Origin: Octopus bimaculoides
Lineage: Eukaryota
NCBI RefSeq assembly: GCF_001194135.2
Contig: NC_068992.1
Location: 59,731,158 to 59,791,007, forward strand
Direction of reading: 5' to 3'
DNA length: 59,850 bases
Both the position numbers and the translations under genes were made by a program. Every line of letters begins with the position of its first letter. Position 1 is the stretch's first letter. Below the pieces are notes generated by a model. It worked only from the letters and a program-made list of their open reading frames with translations. It made no database searches and was not told where the DNA came from. Positions 1-13,104 of the stretch are shown piece by piece.

Positions 1-301
1 ATAATAATAAGGATAATAATTGTAATTGTAAAAATAAAGTGAACAGAGATGAAAGAATGTTGTGTGACACTGATGATGATGTCAATAACAATGACCATAA
101 AGATGATGCTGATGATAGGGACTATGATGACTATGATGGTGATAATGATGAAGACGATGATTTAAAAATGTAACTAAAGTTAGGTACAAAACAAAGATGT
201 AGAAATCCAGTGTTAGCACTGTAGCTAAAAAAAATAACACTGTCATCTAGGACACTTCAGCAATAGCAGTCATACACGTAGTAGTAGTTGTAGTAGTAGT
301 C

Positions 302-337
<36 letters not shown>

Positions 338-420
338 ATATCAATATCAATAATTGTAGTAATAATAGTAGTATTAGTAGTAGTAATTGGAGCGATAAAT
401 ATAATCATAATAACAATAAT
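1..420. repeat. (GAT)/(TAG)/(AAT) trinucleotide low-complexity tract
   Basis: Direct reading, e.g. (GTA)n at about 280-340. Confidence 0.9.
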
Positions 421-515
421 AATTTCATTTGTCTTCGGCTCAAGGCCAAAATTTTTCTGTTTTTTTTTTCTGTTTTTTTTATTCTTTCTTTCTTTTAGGG
501 AAATGGATTTACATG

Positions 516-537
516 GTTCCTTGAAAAGGAGAGTATG

Positions 538-584
<47 letters not shown>

Positions 585-760
585 GTAGTTCCTTGAGAAA
601 GCATTCATTTTTTTCAGAGTTCCTTGAGAAAGGGATTTACTTATATCGTTTTACAGTTCCTTGAGTATAGGAATAAGTAGGGTTTTATATATATAGTTCC
701 TTGAGAAAAAGATATAAGATAGTTCTTTAACGAAGGGGTTATATACTGTTCCTTGAGAAA
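516..760. repeat. Degenerate minisatellite with GTTCCTTGAGAAA core
   Basis: Core or variant at 516, 588, 619, 656, 696, 722 (degenerate) and 748, with variable AT-rich spacers. Confidence 0.8.
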
Positions 761-1995
761 GGGGGTGTACATATATATATTTATATATATATATAAATAT
801 ATATATGTGTGTGTGTATCTATATATATATATATGTATATATATATATACACACATATATGTATATACNNNNNNNNNNNNNNNNNNNNNNNNNNNNNNNN
901 NNNNNNNNNNNNNNNNNNNNNNNNNNNNNNNNNNNNNNNNNNNNNNNNNNNNNNNNNNNNNNNNNNNNNNNNNNNNNNNNNNNNNNNNNNNNNNNNNNNN
1001 NNNNNNNNNNNNNNATATCCATCGGGCGAACCTAAATGCTGCTGCAAAACATTTAGTTCGGTGCTCTGCCATTTTCTGCCAACACGCCGCACCTTTACTG
1101 CGGATATATTTTTTTCTTTTTGACAATTATTACTATTATTATTTTAGGTTGTTTTTTTTTTTTTCTGAGATTCATTAGTAATAATAATAATAATAATAAT
1201 AAAGATAATAATAACAATAACAATAAAAATAATGATAATAACCAGAATAACAACAAATGTAGTAGTAGTGGTTGCATTAGTAATGCTTGTGGTTGTTAGG
1301 GTTGTAGTAGTAACAAGGGTGAAATTATCAACTAGAAATTTCTAAAAATTTGTGATAGATTTCTCAATTTATCTTTATAAATGTTTGTGAAATCATTCAT
1401 TTCAAGCTTAAATCTTTTGAATTTCATTCATTCATCTACTTATTCATTTGTGTATTTATTAGTTTATTTATCCATTTATTCATTTATTTATTTATTCGTT
1501 TATTTATTCATTTATTTATTCGTTTATTTATGTGTCTCTTTATTTCTCCAAACTGTATTTCATATTTATTTGCTATTTTTCTAACGTAACAGAACAAGAA
1601 AGAAGGAATACATTTTGTTATTAAATGTTTTATATTTTTGCGAAAGCAAAATTTTTTTTTCGTTTTGCATCCATCTTTCCATTTACAATCCTTTAAAGTT
1701 TATCAGAAGAAGATATGAAAAGACTCAAGGATCCAATATTCTTGGCATCGATATTCAGAATCAACTTTCAAATTTGTCTCTTCCTGTATATTTTTATAGT
1801 TATTTTATTTTAAAGAAAATATAAAACTATTCTAAAGAAAATACTAAATTATCCTTTGCTATTTAGAATTATGCGATACTAGTTTATTATTTGTTGGAGA
1901 ATCTCAGATGATCAAAATGATAGTGTGCCTGACTGCCAGTGAGGTGTGCATGTGTAAATATATGCATTAGTGTGTGTGTGTGTCTGTGTGAGTAG

Positions 1996-2030
<35 letters not shown>

Positions 2031-2217
2031 TGTGAATCTATATGAAATGTATTCTTCGGCCAAAGCAAAGACAGTTAGACCACCAATGGCTAAGTTCACC
2101 TAGGTATAGGTCAGTACAAAAAGGGAGTCAGTACAGTTCATTGCCTGGCAAGTGTTTATCTGAGCTTGCAGTCATTGTGTTCACCTTTGCCCATAAATTT
2201 TGTAGACATCATTGTAA

Positions 2218-2437
2218 CCCTTTAGCATTTAAACTGGCCATGTCTGGCCCAAATATTCTACTGCCTTTATGTTCAAACTGGTCAGATCCAGCTTCTCAAA
2301 CCTATCTGACAATGTCGTTTTTAAAGTAAACAATCACATCATCAAAATCTCGAAGCTGTGAGGTAATCCATGATGAACTCAAAAGAATGTGAACAAATAT
2401 GTATTACATTTGACAAAATAATCTGTATACTAGAGGG
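2218..2437. mobile_element. piggyBac-like MITE
   Basis: Ends CCCTTTAG ... CTAGAGGG (inverted), flanked by gtaa / ttaa. Confidence 0.5.
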
Positions 2438-3193
2438 TTAAGAAGGATGGTTCTGCTTAGCTATGCTGAATTCACTTGCTCTATATGCTCTACATGAAGA
2501 CAAGGAATAAAGATTAGTCTTCAGTGCTGCTACCCCTAAGACTCATCAGATTTGGAAATAATTGCAGATAATTCAACATCCGAAAAAAAAAAAAAAAAAG
2601 AAATAAAGGGTCAGTTAAAAAAAGAACCAGATTTAAATGGAAAGAGATTAGAAGTATTTAAGACTAATAAATAACAGATTTCTTTCTTTTTTTGTTTTGA
2701 AGGATTATGTTTGTGTAGTAAAATATTATAAAGCATTGGAATATAAGTTAGACTAATCTTGAGTTTAAAATTTATGTTAATGAACCAGATTTTTTAAAGT
2801 TTCTTTTTTAGATGGACAGCGTTCTGAATCTTGGCATTTCTAAACAATCCCAGGAATATTCCAAAAGATTCTTAGTACCGTATATCCACATTTTTTTTTT
2901 TTTTTTATCTTTCACTAACCGAGCAGTTTCTTAATTTTCTGTTCGCTTTTTGTGTTTTTGTCATAGGTTACACACTGTTTAAACACACATGCATATAACC
3001 ACATACAAACAGAGGACGCATATGCATGTGCGAGAGTGTGTATCTATATGTATGTGTCTGTGGCTTGGTATTTGTTAGTGTGCAGGTGTAATTGTATGCA
3101 TCTATGAGACATATAAACAAGCATATATAAATATAGTACATCTACGTATGTAGTTTATGTGAATGCTAAAAAACATCTGAATAAGTTATTTAT

Positions 3194-3229
<36 letters not shown>

Positions 3230-3434
3230 NNNNNNNNNNNNNNNNNNNNNNNNNNNNNNNNNNNNNNNNNNNNNNNNNNNNNNNNNNNNNNNNNNNNNNN
3301 NNNNNNNNNNNNNNNNNNNNNNNNNNNNNNNNNNNNNNNNNNNNNNNNNNNNNNNNNNNNNNNNNNNNNNNNNNNNNNNNNNNNNNNNNNNNNNNNNNNN
3401 NNNNNNNNNNNNNNNNNNNNNNNNNNNNNNNNNN

Positions 3435-3483
<49 letters not shown>

Positions 3484-4687
3484 TATATAGATATAGATAT
3501 ATACACATAGATATATATATATACATATATATTTATATACATATATGTAACTTATATATAAGTACATCTATATTGAAACATATATATATATTCATATACA
3601 TGTATATAAACATATGTATCTATACACACATACACACGCATACACACATACATATACACACACACATATATATATATATACATATGTATATAGACATGTA
3701 TGCACATATATATATAAATAACATATCTATACCAGTTGGATCAATGTAAATTCGCATTTAAAGAGAAAAGAATATATGAGTGAGGTATATATGTGTGTGC
3801 GTGAGCCTATGTAAGTGTATACATGTGCATCTGTGTATACATTCTTGTAAGAATGTATATTATCAAGAATACTGTTTGAGAGAAGGCCACCAAAATAACA
3901 TACTCCAGAGCAATGCTCTGTATATGATTCTAACTTCTATGCATTTTCATAATAATAATAAAAGTAATAATGATAATAATAATAATAATTATTATAAGAA
4001 TAATAAAAGTAATAGAGATAATATCCTGCGTGTGTATATATATATATGTATATATATANNNNNNNNNNNNNNNNNNNNNNNNNNNNNNNNNNNNNNNNNN
4101 NNNNNNNNNNNNNNNNNNNNNNNNNNNNNNNNNNNNNNNNNNNNNNNNNNNNNNNNNNNNNNNNNNNNNNNNNNNNNNNNNNNNNNNNNNNNNNNNNNNN
4201 NNNNNNNNNNNNNNNNNNNNNNNNNNNNNNNNNNNNNNNNNNNNNNNNNNNNNNNNNNNNNNNNNNNNNNNNNNNNNNNNNNNNNNNNNNNNNNNNNNNN
4301 NNNNNNNNNNNNNNNNNNNNNNNNNNNNNNNNNNNNNNNNNNNNNNNNNNNNNNNNNNNNNNNNNNNNNNNNNNNNNNNNNNNNNNNNNNNNNNNNNNNN
4401 NNNNNNNNNNNNNNNNNNNNNNNNNNNNNNNNNNNNNNNNNNNNNNNNNNNNNNNNNNNNNNNNNNNNNNNNNNNNNNNNNNNNNNNNNNNNNNNNNNNN
4501 NNNNNNNNNNNNNNNNNNNNNNNNNNNNNNNNNNNNNNNNNNNNNNNNNNNNNNNNNNNNNNNNNNNNNNNNNNNNNNNNNNNNNNNNNNNNNNNNNNNN
4601 NNNNNNNNNNNNNNNNNNNNNNNNNNNNNNNNNNNNNNNNNNNNNNNNNNNNNNNNNNNNNNNNNNNNNNNNNNNNNNNNNNNNNNN

Positions 4688-4731
<44 letters not shown>

Positions 4732-5439
4732 ATGTTTTGCGTTTGTTGTTTAAAGGTGGGGTAAAGTGAGTTTCCTGGGAGGGAGATATTGAGGTCGTGT
4801 GTGCTTTTATTGATATTTATTTTGTGGGGTTAAGGGAGGGGATTTGTTGGAGAGTTGTATGGGAAGGGGCAAGGTTGGATTGGCGATCATGTATAAGTGC
4901 TGTGGGTGTGTTTTGGCCATTTATGGCGACCAGTGATTTCGCTTTTTTCTTTTTTTAAAACTAACTAACTAATTTACTGTTAGCCAGCACATAGATGGAT
5001 CTTGGAATTATTAAAACCACTTTACCAGAGATAATTTTATCCCAGTAATATCATTGTTATCATCGTTATCATTATTAATATTATTATTATTGTTTATTTT
5101 TTTAATTTAAAAAAAAATCAGTTTTTCTCTTTTTGAATATGCAGGGTCTCCTTTATTTCTTTATTTTTTATTGATAACCTTTCTTCGTCTCTATTAGAGC
5201 TGCCTGCCATAATATTCCAATACGAAGCAGTCTCCAGTCGTATCGTAGTATCAGATCTATGGATGTCAGTTTACCATTCTTGTCTTCATTCTGTCTTTAT
5301 TTCCTCAATTGAACTTCTCAAGTGAACTTGCTGATGTAGACAAATATAGTTATAGTTTAGTTCCTTTTTAATGTAGCATTCATATATACATATATATAGA
5401 ATATCTATATATCTATATATATACATACATACATATATA

Positions 5440-5486
<47 letters not shown>

Positions 5487-5944
5487 NNNNNNNNNNNNNN
5501 NNNNNNNNNNNNNNNNNNNNNNNNNNNNNNNNNNNNNNNNNNNNNNNNNNNNNNNNNNNNNNNNNNNNNNNNNNNNNNNNNNNNNNNNNNNNNNNNNNNN
5601 NNNNNNNNNNNNNNNNNNNNNNNNNNNNNNNNNNNNNNNNNNNNNNNNNNNNNNNNNNNNNNNNNNNNNNNNNNNNNNNNNNNNNNNNNNNNNNNNNNNN
5701 NNNNNNNNNNNNNNNNNNNNNNNNNNNNNNNNNNNNNNNNNNNNNNNNNNNNNNNNNNNNNNNNNNNNNNNNNNNNNNNNNNNNNNNNNNNNNNNNNNNN
5801 NNNNNNNNNNNNNNNNNNNNNNNNNNNNNNNNNNNNNNNNNNNNNNNNNNNNNNNNNNNNNNNNNNNNNNNNNNNNNNNNNNNNNNNNNNNNNNNNNNNN
5901 NNNNNNNNNNNNNNNNNNNNNNNNNNNNNNNNNNNNNNNNNNNN

Positions 5945-6010
5945 GGTGGATGGCAAAATCTGAATGGGAGAACTGAACTTGTGAATCATTGTGTGGATTA
6001 GCGAGTTTGG
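5945..6010 (-). mobile_element. Short RTE LINE endonuclease fragment (second copy of 7122-7154 sequence)
   Basis: gtggatggcaaaatctgaatgggagaactgaactt nearly matches gtggaggcaaaatctgaatcggagaactgaactt at about 7124-7154. Confidence 0.5.
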
Positions 6011-6144
6011 AAACTATTAAAGAGGGTAAAACTTCGATTTGGTCCTGGAAAATTAAAAAAGAAAGAAAAAGAAAAATTAGAATTAGTCTGGTTAAAATAA
6101 TTTATTTAATGAAAAGCTTACAAAAACTCAAATATCTTACTGTT

Positions 6145-6557
6145 CTTTTATTCTTTTACTCTTTTACTCTTTTACTTGTTTCAGTCATTTCACTGCAGCC
6201 ATGCTGGAGCACTGCCTTGTAATATTTTTGTCAAACTGTTCAACCCCAGGATTTACTTTCTAAGCCTAGTTCTTATTCTATTGGTCTCTTTGCTGAACTG
6301 CTAAGTTACAGGAATGTAAACACACCAACACTGGTTGTCAAGTGATGATGGGGTGGTGGGGACAAACAGACACAACTCCCCCCACGCACACACACATACA
6401 ACAGGCTTCTTTCAGTTTCATTCTACCAAATCTACTCACAAGGTTTTGGTTGGCCCGAGCCTATAGTAGAACACACATACCAAGTGTTTTACAGAGTGGG
6501 ACTGAAACCAGAACCATGTAGTTGGGAAGCAAGCTTCTTACCACACAGCCATGCCTG
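6145..6557 (-). mobile_element. SINE family B (tRNA-derived head, CORE-like block, internal CA tract), near full length
   Basis: Minus strand reads head ...ggctgtgtggtaagaagcttgc...ggttc...cagtcccact, then ttgggtatgtg (CORE-like block, ttgggcaagtg in other copies), ending in (GAGTAAAA)n. Shared with 8 other copies. Confidence 0.85.
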
Positions 6558-6779
6558 TTATATACCTTTTGTAGAAGATTAAAATTTAATACTTTTACTG
6601 TGCGATAATTCTGTGTTTAATGCCTCCTTCTCCATAATCCATTCCTATTTTCCTCACATTCCTCCTAGCTCAGACTGACTATTGCCCATGCCTTCATTTC
6701 ATTGTTTTTCCTTCTGTCCCAATCTTTAATGTCAGTCACTCTCTTTTCACTTTATGATGTGGCAGTGCTAAGCAGTGAT

Positions 6780-7910
6780 GTGTATATATACAAGGTTATT
6801 ACCAGTTCAAATATGCTTGGACCATATTCAAACCCATAAGACATTTTCTCCAAATTTCCTCCATGAGAAAAAAAAAATTTTTTTCTCCAAGACAAAACAC
6901 ATTGAATGACTTTCTTACCGATTTGAATATGCCCCAAAGATATTTGAAATGGTTATAATAACCTTGTATTTCTCCTATTATATTTTCATGAACCATTCTA
7001 TCTACACAGCCATTCTTGATTTGACTCTCTGTTCCTATTCTTTTCGTATCCACCGTCCCCTACCTTTTGAATATACACCCTGATACCTCATCTCCATCAT
7101 TATTTCTGCCTTTCCTACTTCGTGGAGGCAAAATCTGAATCGGAGAACTGAACTTAGGATATTGGACTCATGACTGTAAGACTGTGGTTTTGATTCTTGG
7201 ATTGGGTGATGCGTTGTGTTCTTGTGCAAACATGTCACTTCATATTGCTTCAGTCCACTCAGATGGCAAAAATGAGTAAATCCTCTGAGGGACTGATGTC
7301 TCATCCAGGTGGAGAATTTATTATATGCCATTGAAAATGGGAAACTAGCCCTTTTGAGTCAGCATAACTTGAGAAGGTAACCTTTACCTTTCCTACTTTG
7401 GTAGCCATGTCTCTCCTCAACAGCAAGTCACCTGTTTTTGCTTTTCTATCATAAAACATTTCCATCGACACTGCAATCCCACTCTGTAAAGGAATCCAAT
7501 CTTGTGAGTTACTTGGTAATCTTACTAGTGCTGGTGTCACGAAATAAGAACTCAGTACACTCTGAAAAGTGTTTGGCATTAGGAAGAACATCAGCAGTAT
7601 AAATCTTGCTAAAACAGATATAATACTGACAATGCTGTCTAGCATTTGGCAGAAAGGCTTTGTATCCATCTGCCAGTCTTGACAAAGAGGTAAATGTAGA
7701 ACTATTTGATGCTGTAGCATAATCTATAACAAGTCTAAGCAATATACCTTCTCACACACACTATCAATTTATCAATCCATTTCTCTTACAAAGTGTACTT
7801 CAACCATCCCATTTTTGTCATTGACCCCAAAGAATTTATACCATTGTTGTTTACCAGTGAGGAGTTTGGCTAAAGCTCCCTTCCATCTTATCTCTTGCAC
7901 ACAGCATACA
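6780..7910 (-). mobile_element. Decayed RTE-clade LINE, AP-endonuclease region, interrupted by a SINE
   Basis: Frameshifted peptides YAVQEIRWKGALAKLLTGK, EKWIDK, LRLVID, FQSVLSSY and TRLDSFTEWD follow the order of RTE APE motifs. Confidence 0.65.
7150..7392 (+). mobile_element. SINE family D inserted in the RTE fragment
   Basis: Head ...ggactcatgactgtaagactgtggttttgattc, CORE-like ttgtgttcttgtgcaa, ccactcagatggc, tail cctttacctt. Confidence 0.75.
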
Positions 7911-8625
7911 TTCATTTACCTCCACACTATGAAATGAAATAAAGTGACTAAACTTATTATTATATATATATATATATANNNNNNNNNNNNNNNNNNNNNN
8001 NNNNNNNNNNNNNNNNNNNNNNNNNNNNNNNNNNNNNNNNNNNNNNNNNNNNNNNNNNNNNNNNNNNNNNNNNNNNNNNNNNNNNNNNNNNNNNNNNNNN
8101 NNNNNNNNNNNNNNNNNNNNNNNNNNNNNNNNNNNNNNNNNNNNNNNNNNNNNNNNNNNNNNNNNNNNNNNNNNNNNNNNNNNNNNNNNNNNNNNNNNNN
8201 NNNNNNNNNNNNNNNNNNNNNNNNNNNNNNNNNNNNNNNNNNNNNNNNNNNNNNNNNNNNNNNNNNNNNNNNNNNNNNNNNNNNNNNNNNNNNNNNNNNN
8301 NNNNNNNNNNNNNNNNNNNNNNNNNNNNNNNNNNNNNNNNNNNNNNNNNNNNNNNNNNNNNNNNNNNNNNNNNNNNNNNNNNNNNNNNNNNNNNNNNNNN
8401 NNNNNNNNNNNNNNNNNNNNNNNNNNNNNNNNNNNNNNNNNNNNNNNNNNNNNNNNNNNNNNNNNNNNNNNNNNNNNNNNNNNNNNNNNNNNNNNNNNNN
8501 NNNNNNNNNNNNNNNNNNNNNNNNNNNNNNNNNNNNNNNNNNNNNNNNNNNNNNNNNNNNNNNNNNNNNNNNNNNNNNNNNNNNNNNNNNNNNNNNNNNN
8601 NNNNNNNNNNNNNNNNNNNNNNNNN

Positions 8626-8659
<34 letters not shown>

Positions 8660-9254
8660 AACGTTCTTATATTTATTGGAAGCTGAAAACATCACAATCA
8701 TTTATTCAAATTTTGTGTTTCCACTCTTCAAACAATAGTATAGGGTAGAACAAAGATGGCAAGTATATATTATAAACATACATAGGAAAATTACACAAGA
8801 AAAATAAAATTCCTTGAAAAAAGTTTCAGAAAAATTTTGTCAAGAAAAATGCAGAAAATATTTGAATAAAAAATTGGGGTTTTGCATTAGTAGTTATGAA
8901 TATAGGGTTATATAAAGCACTCCTGCTTTATAATAAAAGAATATAGAAAATTAATACAAAAAGGAATTTTGAAAAAGGTTTTCATGAAAAGAACTTCCAT
9001 AACACAAGATTTTTCCAAGGGGGAATTAAAAAAAAACAGAGAGCTTGATACTATGATTATATAAGTAGAATAATCGATAAACTATACATGGAGAATATAG
9101 AGAAAATTCTAGAAAAAATCATAGTAAAAAATGGAAAAGACTTTCATGAGATGCTCTAAGTATGGGTAACTGCTTCTGCATCAGTGACTTTTTTGGACAT
9201 ATAGCTGTGCATAGTTGCACATTCATAAATATAAATGTGTCTATCTATCTATCT

Positions 9255-9284
9255 ATTTATATTATATATATATATATATAACAT

Positions 9285-9328
<44 letters not shown>

Positions 9329-9582
9329 TATATGTACATATATATGTATATATATATATATATACATGCATATATATATATGTATATATACATATATATA
9401 CATACGTATATCTGTATATATATACACACATACATATATATATATGCATACATATGTGTGTGTGTGTATATATATATATATATTCATACATATATATATA
9501 TATATACATGTATATATATATATACATACATATATATATATATGTATACTTGTATATATATATGTACATGTATATATACATG

Positions 9583-9663
<81 letters not shown>

Positions 9664-9720
9664 GCATATGTATACAAACATGCACACAGACATAAATACA
9701 TATGTATGCATGCATGCTTA
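9255..9720. repeat. Long (TA)/(TACA) microsatellite
   Basis: Direct reading. Confidence 0.95.
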
Positions 9721-10005
9721 TATTTACAGGTAAAAGCAAACCCTGTGCATTTATATACATATGCATACATGCAATTATTCATGCACTTACACATTCATAC
9801 GCATGCATTTTCCCACAACACGCTCACACATATACATATACGTACACACACATGAACACTCATGCATGGATGTATGAATATCCACTTGAAAGTATGTTCT
9901 GATATACACTCACATGCATCTATTTCCTTATTAACCAGTTCTCTACTGGGAACACACACTTAGGACATGAATGAGAACATAATAAGAAAATAGAACACAC
10001 CATAT

Positions 10006-10351
10006 ATTCTTTTATTCTTTTATTTGTTTCAGTCATTTGACTGTGGCCATGCTGGAGCACCGCCGTTTAGCTGAAGAAATTGCCCCCTGAATTTATTCAT
10101 TGTAAGCCTGGTACTTATTCTATCAGTCTCTTCTGCCAAACTGCTAGGTTACAAGCATATAAACACGCCATCATTAGTTGTCAAATAATGGGTGGGGAAC
10201 AGACAAATGAGACACAAAGACATACACATACATATATTCGAATAGATATACGATGGGCTTCTTCCAGTTTCCATCTAACAGATCCACTCACAAGGATTTG
10301 GTTGGCCTGAGGCTATAGTAGTGGGACTGAATCCAGAACCACATGGTTGGG
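10006..10351 (-). mobile_element. SINE family B
   Basis: Same blocks as 6145-6557 (gtttcagtcatttgactgtggccatgctggagcacc ... gtgggactgaatccagaacc). Confidence 0.85.
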
Positions 10352-10556
10352 AAGCAAGCTTCTTATTTCTTTATTGCCTACAAGGAGCCAAACATAGAGG
10401 GGACAAACAAGGGGATTAAGTCGATTACATCGATTCCAGTGCGTAACTGGTACTTAATTTATCGACCCCGAAAGGATGAAAGGCAAAGTCAACCTCGTCG
10501 GAATTTGAACTCAGAACGTAACGGCAGACGAAATACTGCTAAGCATTTCGTCCAGA
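10352..10556 (-). mobile_element. SINE family A (tRNA head plus GACCCCGAAAGGATGAAAGGCAAAGTC core)
   Basis: actggtacttaatttatcgaccccgaaaggatgaaaggcaaagtcaacctcgtcggaatttgaactcagaacg. B box GTTCAAATTC on the minus strand. Confidence 0.85.
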
Positions 10557-10610
10557 AAGGACAACAAAAGAAAGAAAGAGACCTCGATATTATATAAATA
10601 GAGGAATTTA

Positions 10611-10890
10611 TCTGTAAAAATATGTGAAAATTATTCGGTAGCCATGATAAAACTCCGAGTTTCGGATGCCGGGGTGGGAATACCTTTACTCCCCTTTCTT
10701 AGCGGTCAATAGCTTTTTTGTCTTAATAACGGTCAACCACACAGTAATTTCCCTTTGGTTAACGGTTATTTATCACAGGAATTTTCAATGGCCAGATAAC
10801 TGAAGAGATGGCGGTGTGGGTTCCCACCCCGGCATCCAAAACTCGGAGTTTTATCATAGCTACCGAATAAGTGTCACATATTTTTACAGA
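10611..10890. mobile_element. Fold-back element or MITE with 70-bp inverted arms
   Basis: 10611-10680 vs reverse complement of 10821-10890 match at 66/70. TA on both flanks. Confidence 0.8.
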
Positions 10891-11027
10891 TATATATNNN
10901 NNNNNNNNNNNNNNNNNNNNNNNNNNNNNNNNNNNNNNNNNNNNNNNNNNNNNNNNNNNNNNNNNNNNNNNNNNNNNNNNNNNNNNNNNNNNNNNNNNNN
11001 NNNNNNNNNNNNNNNNNNNNNNNNNNN

Positions 11028-11061
<34 letters not shown>

Positions 11062-12045
11062 AGTTCTCTAATATTGAATGGTGAGAATGAGCGCTCAACA
11101 CTGCATTCATGGATAAATATTCTTTATTTGTAGATTAACAAGTCTACCATTTGTTTCATGCTGAGAGAAATCTCTCAACAGTTATCGAGCTTGCCACATG
11201 CAACGTTGGTACTTGTCTCCATCTTGGATGAGAATACATGAAGGTACGTGAAACCGTAAAGAATTTTGGAATTAATAGATAACTATAGAGATCAGGGGAA
11301 GTAATTTACAAGACAGTCTTAGTTGTTGTCTCCCTTGCATTAACGCTGAAGTCTTTATATGGGGTTGCCATGAATTGATTAATTCCTTAATACTTTCATG
11401 TGAAAATTTTTGTGCACATTCTAGTTTAGGAATATAAATACAAGTACACATGCGTGCGCATGCACACATACATGCACATATACACACACATACACACATA
11501 TACTCACCCCCCCACCCCCCACACACCAAACACACATGCAAACATATACAGGCACACGTGTATATGTATATATGCATATACACACATAAACACATATCTG
11601 CATTATGTGTATTGTTCATGTTGCAGTATGTACCCACAATTGTGGAGTTTCACATATTTTGATGCCAAACTGATCCTTGAAGTAGGGAAGCCAAGGGTTT
11701 GTGGATTCAAAAGTTTGCATATATTCTCACATAAGATGATTAAGGAATTAATCAAATTATGGTGAATGTAAATCCTGACTCATATCAACTTAATGAATTC
11801 CTGGTGAATGCAACTCCTTACAAAGATTCCAAGGTTAATGCAAGGCTTCCAACAATTAGGATTTTCTTATAAGTTACCTCCCATGGTCTGTATACCTATT
11901 TATTTGAAAATTGCATACAGTCTTGTGTAGCTTTGTGTATCCTCATCCAAGATGGCAACAAGTCTCAACATTGAATGTGGCAGACTTGATAATTGTCAAG
12001 AGATTCCTCTCCGCATGAGACCAATGGTAGCCGTGTTAACCCACA

Positions 12046-12096
<51 letters not shown>

Positions 12097-12469
12097 GTAC
12101 ATACATATATATGTGTATATGTATATGTATATATATATTTGTATATATATGTACAAATAAATATGTGTATACATACATGCATACATATATATACACATTT
12201 ATTTATATACATACAACATATGTATATGCATATGTATATCATATATAATACATATGTATAGTCCTACATATACATGCACACGCATGAGTATGTGTGTGTG
12301 TATATACACAGTTGTCCATATACAACTATCTCTGTATGTATACTTATACACACATATACACACACGCANNNNNNNNNNNNNNNNNNNNNNNNNNNNNNNN
12401 NNNNNNNNNNNNNNNNNNNNNNNNNNNNNNNNNNNNNNNNNNNNNNNNNNNNNNNNNNNNNNNNNNNNC

Positions 12470-13000
12470 TGTCTCTCTCTCCCTCTCTCCTTCACTCTCT
12501 CTTTCTCTTTCTTTGTTTTTCACTCTCTTCCACACTGGCTCACTCTTTCCACTCTCTTTCTTCAGATGCACTCTCTCTCTCTCTCTTCCACTCTTTCTCT
12601 TTTACCCTTTCTCTCTCTCTCTCTCTCTCTCTCACTTTTTCTCTCTTTTCTCTCTTCTTCACTATTTCTCTCTAAATCATTTACTCTCTCATCCTTGTTT
12701 TCTCTCTCTCTACTGTTCTCTCAACCTTGCTCTCTCTCTCTCACCCTCTCTTTTGTTCTCTTGTCTATTCTTTGCCTTTCTCTCTCTCTCTCTCTCCTGG
12801 TTTCCTTTTTCTCATCTTCTCTATCTCTCTGATCTACACTATATATCTCTTCTGCTCTCTCTCCCATCTCCTTATCCCCTTCCAACTCCCTTTCTTCTCC
12901 GCTCCCCCTCTCTTCTTTCTTCTCTCCTACCTCCCTCAAGCTGTCTCTCTCTCTCTCTCTCTCCCTCCCTCCCTCTCCCTCTCTCTCTCTTCCTTATTAG
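12470..13000. repeat. CT-rich polypyrimidine tract
   Basis: Direct reading. Confidence 0.9.
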
Positions 13001-13104
13001 TGAGAGAAATACCATGACATATGAATTTCAGATCAATTCTATCCAGCTAAGACTATGCAAGGAGAGCAGAATCAAATATTAGTAAAGCTCTCTTTTATTT
13101 TAGA

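Noticed and set aside
516-760. CRISPR-like repeat/spacer array
   Set aside because: The core is only 13 bp, spacing is irregular, spacers are low-complexity, the context is eukaryotic and there are no cas genes.
1015-1095. Minus-strand acceptor giving QHLGSPD, resembling the expected next SK exon (EHMESLPD)
   Set aside because: The sequence aligns with a SINE-A head variant and the similarity is only a few residues.
5120-5290. Minus frame ...NKEIKETLHIQKE, reminiscent of a Penelope GIY-YIG C-terminus
   Set aside because: Only a short motif. Upstream residues do not match GIY-YIG.
11160-11300. IELATCNVGT, like the first motif of an RTE AP-endonuclease
   Set aside because: Too short and degenerate to annotate. 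It is noted only as an alternative explanation for the splice-like signals there.
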